In this document: positions 1 through 7,224 of the stretch, piece by piece
Layout of the letters: every line of letters starts with the position of its first letter
Position numbering within the stretch: the stretch's first letter is position 1
DNA from: a virus
Lineage: Duplodnaviria; Heunggongvirae; Uroviricota; Caudoviricetes
Length of the DNA stretch: 7,259 bases
IMG/VR virus record: IMGVR_UViG_2684622543_000002
Direction: 5' to 3' (one strand)
Position numbers and translations under genes: made by a program
Notes under the pieces: model-generated
Databases searched by the model: none
Seen by the model: only the letters and a program-made list of their open reading frames with translations
Told to the model about the DNA's origin: nothing

Positions 1-1
1 G

Positions 2-367
2 CAGCGCGACAAAAACGCAAGAGAACTGAAGCTGGCGAACGCAACCATTACTGACATGCAGCAGCGCCAGCGTGATGCTGATGCACTCGATGCTAAATAC
101 ACGAAGGAGTTAGCTGATGCGAAAGCTGAAAATGATGCTCTTCGGCGCAAGCTTGATAATGGTGGTCGGGTGCTCGTCAAAGGAAAATGCCCTGTGCCAT
201 CCTCAGCCGAAACCTCCAGCGCCTCCGGCATGGGCAATGATGCCACCGTCGAACTCTCTCCAGTTGCTGGACGAAACGTTCTCGGTATCCGGGACGGAAT
301 CATCAGCGACCAGACAGCATTGAGAATGCTTCAGGAGTACATCAGGATCCAATGCCTTGGGGGGTAG
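2..367 (+). CDS. Rz: Rz-like i-spanin (lysis protein), 5'-truncated by the window edge
   Basis: Open frame from position 2 ([49 protein letters not shown]...[10 protein letters not shown]) to TAG at 365-367. By recall it resembles lambda Rz (coiled-coil periplasmic domain, conserved C-terminal Cys). No start codon in the window, so the gene begins upstream. Confidence 0.85.
   Translation, partial: QRDKNARELKLANATITDMQQRQRDADALDAKYTKELADAKAENDALRRKLDNGGRVLVKGKCPVPSSAETSSASGMGNDATVELSPVAGRNVLGIRDGIISDQTALRMLQEYIRIQCLGG
117..323 (+). CDS. Rz1: Rz1-like o-spanin, outer-membrane lipoprotein, embedded in the +1 frame of Rz
   Basis: ATG at 117 preceded by AAGGAG (104-109) with a 7-nt spacer. 68 aa with a signal peptide ending in lipobox-like MVVG|C, followed by a proline-rich mature region ([18 protein letters not shown]). 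Lying wholly inside Rz in a different frame is the classic lambda Rz/Rz1 arrangement. Confidence 0.8.
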   Translation: MRKLKMMLFGASLIMVVGCSSKENALCHPQPKPPAPPAWAMMPPSNSLQLLDETFSVSGTESSATRQH

Positions 368-455
368 CGGTAATTTTACTCATTATCCTTCAAATCAGAT
401 TCTGTTGTCAGAGGAATGGGGGAAGCTGGATTCGCAAGAGCTTTTTATGGGCAGT

Positions 456-965
456 TTAGCTAAAAAAAGGCAACACGAAGCTAAAACTACCAACATAAAG
501 TGCTGACCAGCTAGCAGCTGAAATCAGACTCACTGTATACACTTTCACTGGATGAAGTTGCAACATTCCTGCCACCAAAGGAGCAATATAACGCAGCACG
601 GCGATAAAGCGCGAAGTGAAAAGTATTGACACAGAGTTATTTTGCAACTGAAGGCGAACCCGTTCTATTGTATTGGAACGGCTTGATATTATACATGCAA
701 GTTGAGGGATATGCCCAATTATTATACCAAGATGGTAATTAACGATAGTACCGCACCATGCGCCACTCATGACCGTGATTCCAGCTTCCCATGGTGAAAG
801 AGTCGTCTTGCTGACTGTAATTACAGTGGCCATCATAATTGATGCTGGTGGCAATATCGCCGAAATGAGTAAAGTGGATTTTGTGAACGCTATTATAAAA
901 AGAAGCCCCCATAGGCGATATGGATGAAGTACAAAATAGTTCATCAAAGCATTTATCCACTCCAT
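456..965 (-). CDS. DedA/YqaA-family (SNARE-associated-like) inner-membrane protein; opposite-strand moron
   Basis: 169-170 aa ORF on the minus strand, stop at 458-456. The ORF track starts at a TTG (968-966); the ATG at 965-963 has a GAAGGAAAG Shine-Dalgarno about 9 nt upstream and is the more likely start. Translation is strongly hydrophobic with several predicted TM segments. By eye it aligns to E. coli YqaA/DedA motifs (LISAILPPASIMMATVITV ~ LLPGNSEVVLVAM; RFIAVLRYIAPLVAGMLQL ~ DedA C-terminal motif). The region is visibly more AT-rich than the flanking phage genes and is transcribed convergently to Rz. Confidence 0.65.
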   Translation of the reverse strand: MEWINALMNYFVLHPYRLWGLLFIIAFTKSTLLISAILPPASIMMATVITVSKTTLSPWEAGITVMSGAWCGTIVNYHLGIIIGHIPQLACIISSRSNTIERVRLQLQNNSVSILFTSRFIAVLRYIAPLVAGMLQLHPVKVYTVSLISAASWSALYVGSFSFVLPFFS

Positions 966-1162
966 CAATGTCTTTCCTTCTGTGAATTTTTCTTTGCTAT
1001 TTAACCGTGATACGACTTAATTTAGGCTTAAACACCTTACATTTACAAGGTACTCCTGTGGGGGGCCCTGCCACGGAGCGTCGCAGGAGTGAGTGATGAG
1101 GAAGAATTAAAGCAACCTATTGTGACAGGCAGCGATAACAGTAAATCACAGGAAGCATAATC

Positions 1163-1927
1163 ATGGCAAAACCGGACTGGGAGGCCATCGAATCGGCATA
1201 CCGGGCCGGAGTCCTTAGCCTCCGTGATATAGGCGAGAAATACGGCGTTACAGAAGGGGCTATCAGGAAGAGGGCCAAAAAGCTTGGTTGGGCACGCAGT
1301 GGCGGTACGCAGGTTTGCAAAAATGGTACGCAAAAAAGGAAAGTGCGTACCAGCAGAAAGCCTGCCATTACTGGCCTTACACAAAAAAGTACGCAACTAA
1401 AAACAGAATCTACACCGGATACGAAACCGATACGCGGAATGCGTACCGATCCCCCGACTAACCCATTCCAACCCGGTAACCAGCAGGCATTAAAACACGG
1501 TGGTTATGCCCGTCGCCTTCTGCTCAAAGATGAGGTGATAGAGGACGCTAAAGCGTTGACGCTCGAGGACGAATTATTTCGCCTTCGTGCTAACAACCTT
1601 GTCGCTGCAGAGAATATTGGTCGGTGGTTGGTGTCGCTGGAAGATGCTAATGGGGACCAGGAAAGGAAGATGCTGATTGAAAATATCAGCGCCGCCGAGA
1701 AAGCAATGATGCGCAATACAGTTCGTATTGAGTCCATCGTTGGCACGCTTGCGACGGTAGGAAAAATATTTGCTGATACAGCCTACCGCAAGGCCGCCAC
1801 TGATAAGGTGTCTCTGGAGGCTGATCGTCTTCGCCGTGATGCAGGTATTGATGATGGCAATGGAGAGCGTGACCTCAATGACTTCTACTCTGACATCCAA
1901 ACCGACGCTGAATCCGGCTTTACGTAG
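1163..1927 (+). CDS. Terminase small subunit (N-terminal HTH DNA-binding domain)
   Basis: ATG at 1163 with AGGAAG (1150-1155) 7 nt upstream. N-terminus has a helix-turn-helix-like segment (LSLRDIGEKYGVTEGAIRKRAKKLGW), then a basic, probably disordered linker and a C-terminal domain. Sits immediately upstream of, and overlapping, the large terminase gene. Stop TAG at 1925-1927. Confidence 0.75.
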   Translation: MAKPDWEAIESAYRAGVLSLRDIGEKYGVTEGAIRKRAKKLGWARSGGTQVCKNGTQKRKVRTSRKPAITGLTQKSTQLKTESTPDTKPIRGMRTDPPTNPFQPGNQQALKHGGYARRLLLKDEVIEDAKALTLEDELFRLRANNLVAAENIGRWLVSLEDANGDQERKMLIENISAAEKAMMRNTVRIESIVGTLATVGKIFADTAYRKAATDKVSLEADRLRRDAGIDDGNGERDLNDFYSDIQTDAESGFT

Positions 1928-3281
1928 TTTCTGGACTATGCGGGCACGTAACAAAGTGCTTTATGGTGGTCGGTCATCGTCAAAATCATGGGATGCCGCT
2001 GGCATTGCCATATTTCTGTCGAATAAATACACCCTGCGTTTTTGTTGTGCCCGTCAGATCCAGAATAAAATCGAAGAGTCGGTGTATACCCTGCTCAAAA
2101 TTCAGATAGACAGGTTTGGTCTGCGGCACCGTTTCCGTATTCTGAACAACAAAATCATTAACCGGGTTACTGGCTCGGAATTTGTTTTTTATGGATTATG
2201 GCGCAACATCGAAGAAATTAAGTCACTGGAGGGGATCGATGTGTTGTGGCTGGAAGAAGCCCACGCACTGACGGAATACCAGTGGAAAATTCTGGAGCCA
2301 ACGATCCGTAAAGAGGGTTCGGAATGCTGGTTCATATTCAACCCCGGACTTGTTACTGATTTCGTCTGGCGCAACTTCGTTGTTGATCCGCCCGAAGGCA
2401 CTCTCATCCGCAAAATTAACTATGACGAAAATCCGTTTCTGTCTGACACCATGCTTAAGGTTATCGACGCGGCGCGACGCCGTGATCCGGATGGTTTTAA
2501 ACATGTGTATGAGGGCGTTCCGGAGTCTGATGATGATGCGGCAATCATCAAACTGTCTTGGATAGAAGCCGCAGTGGATGCGCACAAAACGTTAAATTTC
2601 GAACCCAGTGGAAGAAAGCGTATTGGCTTTGACGTGGCTGACAGTGGTACAGATAAGTGCGCTAACGTTTACCGTCACGGATCCGTTGTTTTCTGGGCCG
2701 ACGAATGGAAGGCCAAAGAAGATGAATTACTGAAGAGCTGCCAGCGTACTTATCAGGCGGCGCTGGAGCGTGAAGCAGATATTGTTTACGACTCTATCGG
2801 TGTTGGTGCGTCTGCCGGTGCTAAATTCTCTGAAATTAACGCTGACCGGAAGAGCGAGAACGCATACGCGCGACGTGTGAATTACCAGAGGTTTAACGCC
2901 GGTGCTGGTGTGCATGAGCCAGATGACGAGTACAACGGCATCCCCAACAAAGACTTTTTCGCAAATCTTAAGGCTCAGGCATGGTGGCTGGTGGCTGACC
3001 GTTTCAGAAATACGTTTAACGCCATTAACAACGGAGAACAGTATCCTGTGGATGAGCTGATCAGCATAGATTCTCGTTGTCCGTTGCTTGAAAAGCTGAA
3101 ACTGGAACTGACAACACCTCATCGTGATTTCGACCGTAACGGACGTGTGATGGTCGAAAGTAAAAAAGACCTCGCAAAACGCGAGATACCGTCACCAAAC
3201 GTTGCTGATGCATTCATTATGGCCTTCGCGCCAATCGATACATCGCTGGATATCTGGGAACAGCTGGGGAGACAGGCCTGA
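1878..3281 (+). CDS. Terminase large subunit, PBSX/Terminase_3-like (ATPase + nuclease)
   Basis: Long ORF with N-terminal Walker A (LYGGRSSSKSWD), a Walker B-like segment (IDVLWLEEAHAL) and an acidic C-terminal nuclease region (IGFDVADSG...). The ORF is open from 1770, but ATG at 1878 has GGAGAG (1861-1866) 11 nt upstream and gives a typical length of N-terminal lead before the Walker A; ATG 1860 and 1938 are alternatives. Stop TGA at 3279-3281 overlaps the portal ATG. Confidence 0.9.
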   Translation: MTSTLTSKPTLNPALRSFWTMRARNKVLYGGRSSSKSWDAAGIAIFLSNKYTLRFCCARQIQNKIEESVYTLLKIQIDRFGLRHRFRILNNKIINRVTGSEFVFYGLWRNIEEIKSLEGIDVLWLEEAHALTEYQWKILEPTIRKEGSECWFIFNPGLVTDFVWRNFVVDPPEGTLIRKINYDENPFLSDTMLKVIDAARRRDPDGFKHVYEGVPESDDDAAIIKLSWIEAAVDAHKTLNFEPSGRKRIGFDVADSGTDKCANVYRHGSVVFWADEWKAKEDELLKSCQRTYQAALEREADIVYDSIGVGASAGAKFSEINADRKSENAYARRVNYQRFNAGAGVHEPDDEYNGIPNKDFFANLKAQAWWLVADRFRNTFNAINNGEQYPVDELISIDSRCPLLEKLKLELTTPHRDFDRNGRVMVESKKDLAKREIPSPNVADAFIMAFAPIDTSLDIWEQLGRQA

Positions 3282-4786
3282 TGGCACGAAACAAACAAGC
3301 CCTGCGGCGAACTGTGCAGGCCACAGCTGATGGTTATGAGAATTTTATTGCCCGCGTAGGGATGCAGACACCTAACCAGCACTCAGCATCCACCTACCGG
3401 GCTAATTTCACCAGTCGTAACCGCATGCTGGTGGAATGGTCCTATCGTTCATCCTAGATCATCGGCGAAGCAGTCGATGCTATCCCGGATGATATGACCC
3501 GCAAAGGCATTCGCATCACTTCGGAAATTGATGCANNNNNNNNNNNNNNNNNNNNNNNNNNNNNNNNNNNNNNNNNNNNNNNNNNNNNNNNNNNNNNNNN
3601 NNNNNNNNNNNNNNNNNNNNNNNNNNNNNNNNNNNNNNNNNNNNNNNNNNNNNNNNNNNNNNNNNNNNNNNNNNNNNNNNNNNNNNNNNNNNNNNNNNNN
3701 NNNNNNNNNNNNNNNNNNNNNNNNNNNNNNNNNNNNNNNNNNNNNNNNNNNNNNNNNNNNNNNNNNNNNNNNNNNNNNNNNNNNNNNNNNNNNNNNNNNN
3801 NNNNNNNNNNNNNNNNNNNNNNNNNNNNNNNNNNGTTTTACGATGTGGTGACCACAGCAACGGGAATTCCTGCCTGGCGCATTCATCACAGTCGCCTGAT
3901 TCGCTTTGATGGCGTCACGTTGCCATTTCAGCAGAAGATGACCGAGAACGAATGGGGAATGTCGGTTGTAGAGCGTATCTGGGATCGTCTTACCGCGTTC
4001 GACAGCGCTACTGTCGGCGCGGCGCAGCTGGTCTACAAGGCGCATTTGCGTACCTACAGCGTGGAGAAGCTACGCGAGCTTATCGCACTTGGTGGTCCTG
4101 CGTATGAAGCGTTGCTGAAGAATATCGACCTGATTCGACAGTTCCAGAGTAATGAAGGCATGACGCTCATGGACTCGCGGGATAAGTTTGAAACCCATCA
4201 GTACAGCTTCAGTGGTCTGGATGACATCCTTTCGCAGTTTGTAGAACAGATTAGTGGCGCTGTTGGTATCCCACTGGTGCGGTTGTTCGGACAGTCCCCG
4301 AAAGGATTTTCTACCGGTGATGCAGACCTTGCCAACTATTACGATCGCATCAGTTCGTTGCAGGAGAGGCGTTTACGTCTTCCGGTGCGGCGGATACTGG
4401 ACATCATGCATCGTTCGGAACTTGGCAAGCCGCTGCCGGACGATTTCACGTTTGAGTTTAACCCGCTCTGGCAAATGTCTGATGTCGATCGCTCAACGGT
4501 GGCGTTAAACACCACCAACGCAATCAGTACGGCGCTGGGTGATGGTCTGATGACACTGAAAGCCGCTATGACTGATTTGCGAGAAAATTCTGACGTAACC
4601 GGCATCGGGGCATCCATTACCGACGAGGACATCGAGAATGCCGAAGATGAAGCGCCGCCCGGCATCGGCGAACCTGATGACGAACCGCAGGAGCCGTCAG
4701 GCGGAAATCCGGTATCGAACCAGCCTACGCAGGATAGCGAGGGCGGTCGGAGACATCGTAAATGGTCGCTACGATGGTTCAAATGA
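3281..4786 (+). pseudogene. Portal protein, disrupted: in-frame TAG at 3455-3457 plus an internal assembly gap
   Basis: ATG at 3281 overlaps the terminase stop (TGATG), a typical coupled start. The frame reads MARNKQALRR...NRMLVEWSYRSS-TAG-IIGEAVDAIPDDMTRKGIRITSEIDA, then the N-run, then continues in the same frame (FYDVVTTATGIPAWRIHHSRLIRFDGV... acidic tail) to TGA at 4784-4786. The longest intact ORF is only 3494-4786. Position in the operon (after TerL, before the MuF-like gene) and an acidic C-terminus fit a portal. Confidence 0.7.
3536..3834. other. Assembly gap / masked sequence (299 N) inside the portal gene
   Basis: Uninterrupted run of n from 3536 to 3834. The X-containing ORFs in the track across this region are artefacts. 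Confidence 0.99.
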
Positions 4787-5420
4787 CAGTATCACGGAAA
4801 TTATTGCGGCGCTGGAGCGTTACAGTGAAATCATCACCCCCTGGGCGACAAAGGTCGCGGAAAACTTTACTGCGGACCTAACCCGGCAGAACGAGAAAGT
4901 TTGGCGGCAACACAGCAAGAACATCAGTCGCGAGCTCCGCAATCTTGTGGAAAGCGCTCCTGTGGGCCAGGTGATGCAATCCATCATCGCCGAACAGGTC
5001 AAGTACATCAAATCTCTGCCTCTCGAGGCCGCAGACAGGGTGTACGACATCCAGAACAAAGCGATAGAGGCTGTTGTCACCGGTGGTCGGGCGGAGCAGT
5101 TTGCTAAAGAGATTGCATCTACCGGCGATGTTGCTAAGTCTAGGGCCGATCTGATTGCCCGAACGGAACTGGGAAGAGCAACGGGCGCGCTGGATATGGC
5201 CCGAGCGATAGCTATTGGCTCGGATGGTTATATTTGGCGTACAGCCGATGATGGCGATGTCCGAGATTCCCACGATCACATGAAAGGTAAATTCGTCCGC
5301 TGGGATTCACCTCCAACTTTGGACGGCATGACCGGCCACGCGGGCGAGCTGCCAAACTGCCGCTGCTATAAAGAGATCGTGTTTGTTCGCGTTCCATTCG
5401 CAATGAAAAGGGCAGCATAA
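4638..5420 (+). CDS. Phage head morphogenesis protein, MuF / SPP1 gp7-like minor head protein
   Basis: 260 aa. C-terminal region carries the characteristic MuF-family motif (IARTELGRA...YIWRTADDGDVRDSHDHMKGKFVRWD...ELPNCRCY). ATG at 4638 with GAGGA (4625-4629) upstream; overlaps the portal 3' end by 149 nt in another frame. Stop TAA at 5418-5420. Confidence 0.85.
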   Translation: MPKMKRRPASANLMTNRRSRQAEIRYRTSLRRIARAVGDIVNGRYDGSNDSITEIIAALERYSEIITPWATKVAENFTADLTRQNEKVWRQHSKNISRELRNLVESAPVGQVMQSIIAEQVKYIKSLPLEAADRVYDIQNKAIEAVVTGGRAEQFAKEIASTGDVAKSRADLIARTELGRATGALDMARAIAIGSDGYIWRTADDGDVRDSHDHMKGKFVRWDSPPTLDGMTGHAGELPNCRCYKEIVFVRVPFAMKRAA

Positions 5421-5423
5421 CCC

Positions 5424-6644
5424 ATGAAATACTTTTTTGAGACCAGGCTCGGGGAAACCCGATACCGCCTGGCTGACGGCTCGTTGCTGTGCAAAGACGT
5501 GCCGATAGGACGAACAGGTAAGCAGCTCTATGGTGCTGATGACCTGCCAAAACTGAAACCCGATAAGTTCGGTGAAATAGTCGTCACGCGTTCTCCTGAG
5601 CAGGTATTCCATCCGGCCACGCTTGCCTCATTCGAAGGGATGAGCATCACGATCCTGCATCCTGAAGATGAAAACGGGAATGTGCGGCTGGTAAATCCCG
5701 AGAACTGGAAAGAGCTTGCTGTCGGGCACCTCCAGAATGTCCGGCGCGGGACGGGTGAGCAGTCTGATTTGATGCTGGCTGACCTTATCGTCAAAGACGA
5801 AAGCGCCATTCAGCTTATCGAAGATGGCCTGCGCGAAGTGTCGTGCGGCTATGACGCGGAGTACGAGCAGACCGAGCCAGGTAAAGCCGAGCAGGTCGAT
5901 ATTACCGGAAACCATGTGGCTCTTGTCCCTAAAGGCAGAGCCGGAAATCGTTGTGCAATTGGAGACAGAGACACAATGGCAAATCAAAAGAAAAACTGGT
6001 GGAACCGCATGCGTGCGGCCATCAAGACAGGAGATGCCGACACCATGAACGAACTGGTGGAGTCGGCTCCCGCATCGGTTACAGGAGATGAGGGGGATTT
6101 GCCGCAGGGCGTTAATCTCAACATCAACCTGTCCCCGCAGCAACCACTACCGGACAAAGCACCAGAGATGGGCGGAGATCCAACCGGCGACAGTGATGAT
6201 GACCTCAAAACATTACTGAAAGCCCTGCTGGCTAAGCTGGAAAGAAATGCCACGGGCGATAACGATAATAAGCCTGACGATAATCCGACCGGTGACGGCG
6301 AGGACGATGAAGAGGAAACCACGATTACTGGTGACTCAGCCTGGCGTGCCGAAGTTATCGTTCCGGGTATCGATCTGAGCCGTAAGATGAAACCGACCGC
6401 GTTCAAACGCGAGGTTCTGGCTTCTGCTGACAAAACGCTGGTTCGCCAGATAGTCGGTGATGCGGATATCCGCAAATTACCGAAACAATCGGTCGACATG
6501 GCGTTTAATGCCGTGTCTGAGGTTGCCAAAGGGCGAAACACCCGCGCCACCACCGGCGATGCACAGCGCCTAAACATGGGCATGACCAGTATCGCTTCCC
6601 TGAACAAACAAAACGCTGAATTCTGGGCAAACCGTAAAGGGTAA
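5424..6644 (+). CDS. Putative head scaffolding / prohead assembly protein (DUF2213-like), with acidic low-complexity tract
   Basis: 406 aa ORF starting 3 nt after the MuF stop. Globular N-terminal region (ITILHPEDENGN...GNHVALVPKGRAG) followed by a D/E-rich tract with repeated TGD motifs, which is typical of scaffold proteins. Position between the minor head protein and downstream structural genes supports the call. Family assignment is from memory. Confidence 0.55.
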   Translation: MKYFFETRLGETRYRLADGSLLCKDVPIGRTGKQLYGADDLPKLKPDKFGEIVVTRSPEQVFHPATLASFEGMSITILHPEDENGNVRLVNPENWKELAVGHLQNVRRGTGEQSDLMLADLIVKDESAIQLIEDGLREVSCGYDAEYEQTEPGKAEQVDITGNHVALVPKGRAGNRCAIGDRDTMANQKKNWWNRMRAAIKTGDADTMNELVESAPASVTGDEGDLPQGVNLNINLSPQQPLPDKAPEMGGDPTGDSDDDLKTLLKALLAKLERNATGDNDNKPDDNPTGDGEDDEEETTITGDSAWRAEVIVPGIDLSRKMKPTAFKREVLASADKTLVRQIVGDADIRKLPKQSVDMAFNAVSEVAKGRNTRATTGDAQRLNMGMTSIASLNKQNAEFWANRKG

Positions 6645-6647
6645 AAA

Positions 6648-7154
6648 ATGAATAATGTATTTCTGTACCGGATGCCTGTTGGCATTGCCGGGGCTGTCTC
6701 TCGCCCGCAGGACTTAACCGTCGAACCGGTGGTCCTTAAATCCGATAACGCCTTCGCTGCCTATGGCCTGGCTGGTAAATACGATGATGACGGTTTTTTC
6801 GTGCCGCTGGCAGATGGTGATACCGCAGACAAGGTGAAGGGGATCTACGTGCGCCCTTATCCGACCACGTCGCAGCCGGACATGGTTCGCCAGGTGGGAA
6901 CAGGCAAGAACTTCCCGGGCGACGCCATGAAGCGTGGCTACGTGACCGTTAATCTCGGTTCTGATTTTGATGCCAGCACTATCAAAAAAGGCGATCCGGT
7001 ATACGTTGTCGTCTCCACTGATGAATCCATCAAAGTGCCGCTGGGTGGATTCATGTCCACGTCAGTCAGTGGCAAAAACGTGGTGCTGACCAACGCTGAA
7101 TTCACAGGTGCCGGTGATGCTGACGGCAATGCAGAAATTTCCTGGAAGATTTAA
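6648..7154 (+). CDS. Small phage structural protein (possible head decoration/cement protein, DUF2190-like)
   Basis: 168 aa ORF beginning 3 nt after the upstream stop, with AAGGG upstream. Gly/Val/Thr-rich and probably beta-rich. Too small for a major capsid protein; in this kind of head module it sits between the scaffold-like gene and the major capsid gene. Function inferred from position only. Confidence 0.45.
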   Translation: MNNVFLYRMPVGIAGAVSRPQDLTVEPVVLKSDNAFAAYGLAGKYDDDGFFVPLADGDTADKVKGIYVRPYPTTSQPDMVRQVGTGKNFPGDAMKRGYVTVNLGSDFDASTIKKGDPVYVVVSTDESIKVPLGGFMSTSVSGKNVVLTNAEFTGAGDADGNAEISWKI

Positions 7155-7169
7155 GGAACAGACGAATGA

Positions 7170-7192
7170 GGTGATGCTGCCAACTTACTGAT
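7170..7192 (+). repeat. IS1 left terminal inverted repeat (IRL)
   Basis: GGTGATGCTGCCAACTTACTGAT at the element boundary; the partner repeat is outside the window. Confidence 0.85.
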
Positions 7193-7224
7193 TTAGTGTA
7201 TGATGGTGTTTTTGAGGTGCTCCA

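Noticed and set aside
368-455. Possible bidirectional rho-independent terminator between the convergent Rz and moron 3' ends
   Set aside because: I looked for a GC-rich hairpin followed by a T-tract and found only short imperfect palindromes and an A/T-rich run near 448-470. Not convincing enough to annotate.
739-960. 73-aa minus-strand ORF overlapping the DedA-like gene in another frame
   Set aside because: It lies wholly inside the longer, membrane-protein-like ORF, starts with GTG, has no RBS, and its translation is compositionally odd (His/Cys-rich). Most likely a frame artefact.
1043-1396. Minus-strand ORFs (117 aa and 83 aa) antisense to the intergenic region and the 5' part of the small terminase gene
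   Set aside because: They overlap a well-supported plus-strand gene, have no recognizable domain or RBS, and are low-complexity. Typical antisense ORFs in GC-rich coding sequence.
1770-1877. Upstream extension of the large terminase ORF to ATG 1770 (503 aa)
   Set aside because: The extension would overlap TerS by 158 nt and adds a hydrophobic, non-terminase-like N-terminus. ATG 1878, with a GGAGAG RBS, gives a typical distance to the Walker A motif.
2189-3122. Minus-strand ORFs of 74, 120 and 131 aa inside the large terminase gene, and the plus-strand 71-aa ORF at 2350-2565
   Set aside because: All are embedded in a strongly supported terminase CDS and have no independent coding signals.
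3449-4045. ORFs spanning the N-run (198 aa minus, 114 aa minus, 107 aa plus)
   Set aside because: They consist largely of X translated from undetermined bases.
4254-4782. 84-aa plus-strand and 147-aa minus-strand ORFs within the portal gene
   Set aside because: Overlap the portal coding frame; compositionally biased (Ser/Gly/Cys-rich); no RBS. Frame artefacts.
4638-5420. MuF-like protein as a possible carrier of a C-terminal polymorphic toxin domain
   Set aside because: The protein is only 260 aa and ends with the canonical MuF motif; there is no extra C-terminal domain.
4820-5612. Minus-strand ORFs (86, 133, 112 and 101 aa) and a 68-aa plus-strand ORF inside the MuF-like gene and the start of the scaffold-like gene
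   Set aside because: Antisense or alternate-frame ORFs within well-supported CDSs.
5528-6685. Minus-strand ORFs of 93, 171 and 233 aa (the last Ser-rich), and a 74-aa plus-strand ORF, inside the scaffold-like gene
   Set aside because: The 233-aa ORF is the antisense reading of the acidic repeat tract, which yields Ser-rich low-complexity sequence. No start context. Artefacts.
6938-7129. 63-aa minus-strand ORF within the 168-aa structural gene
   Set aside because: Embedded antisense ORF with no independent support.
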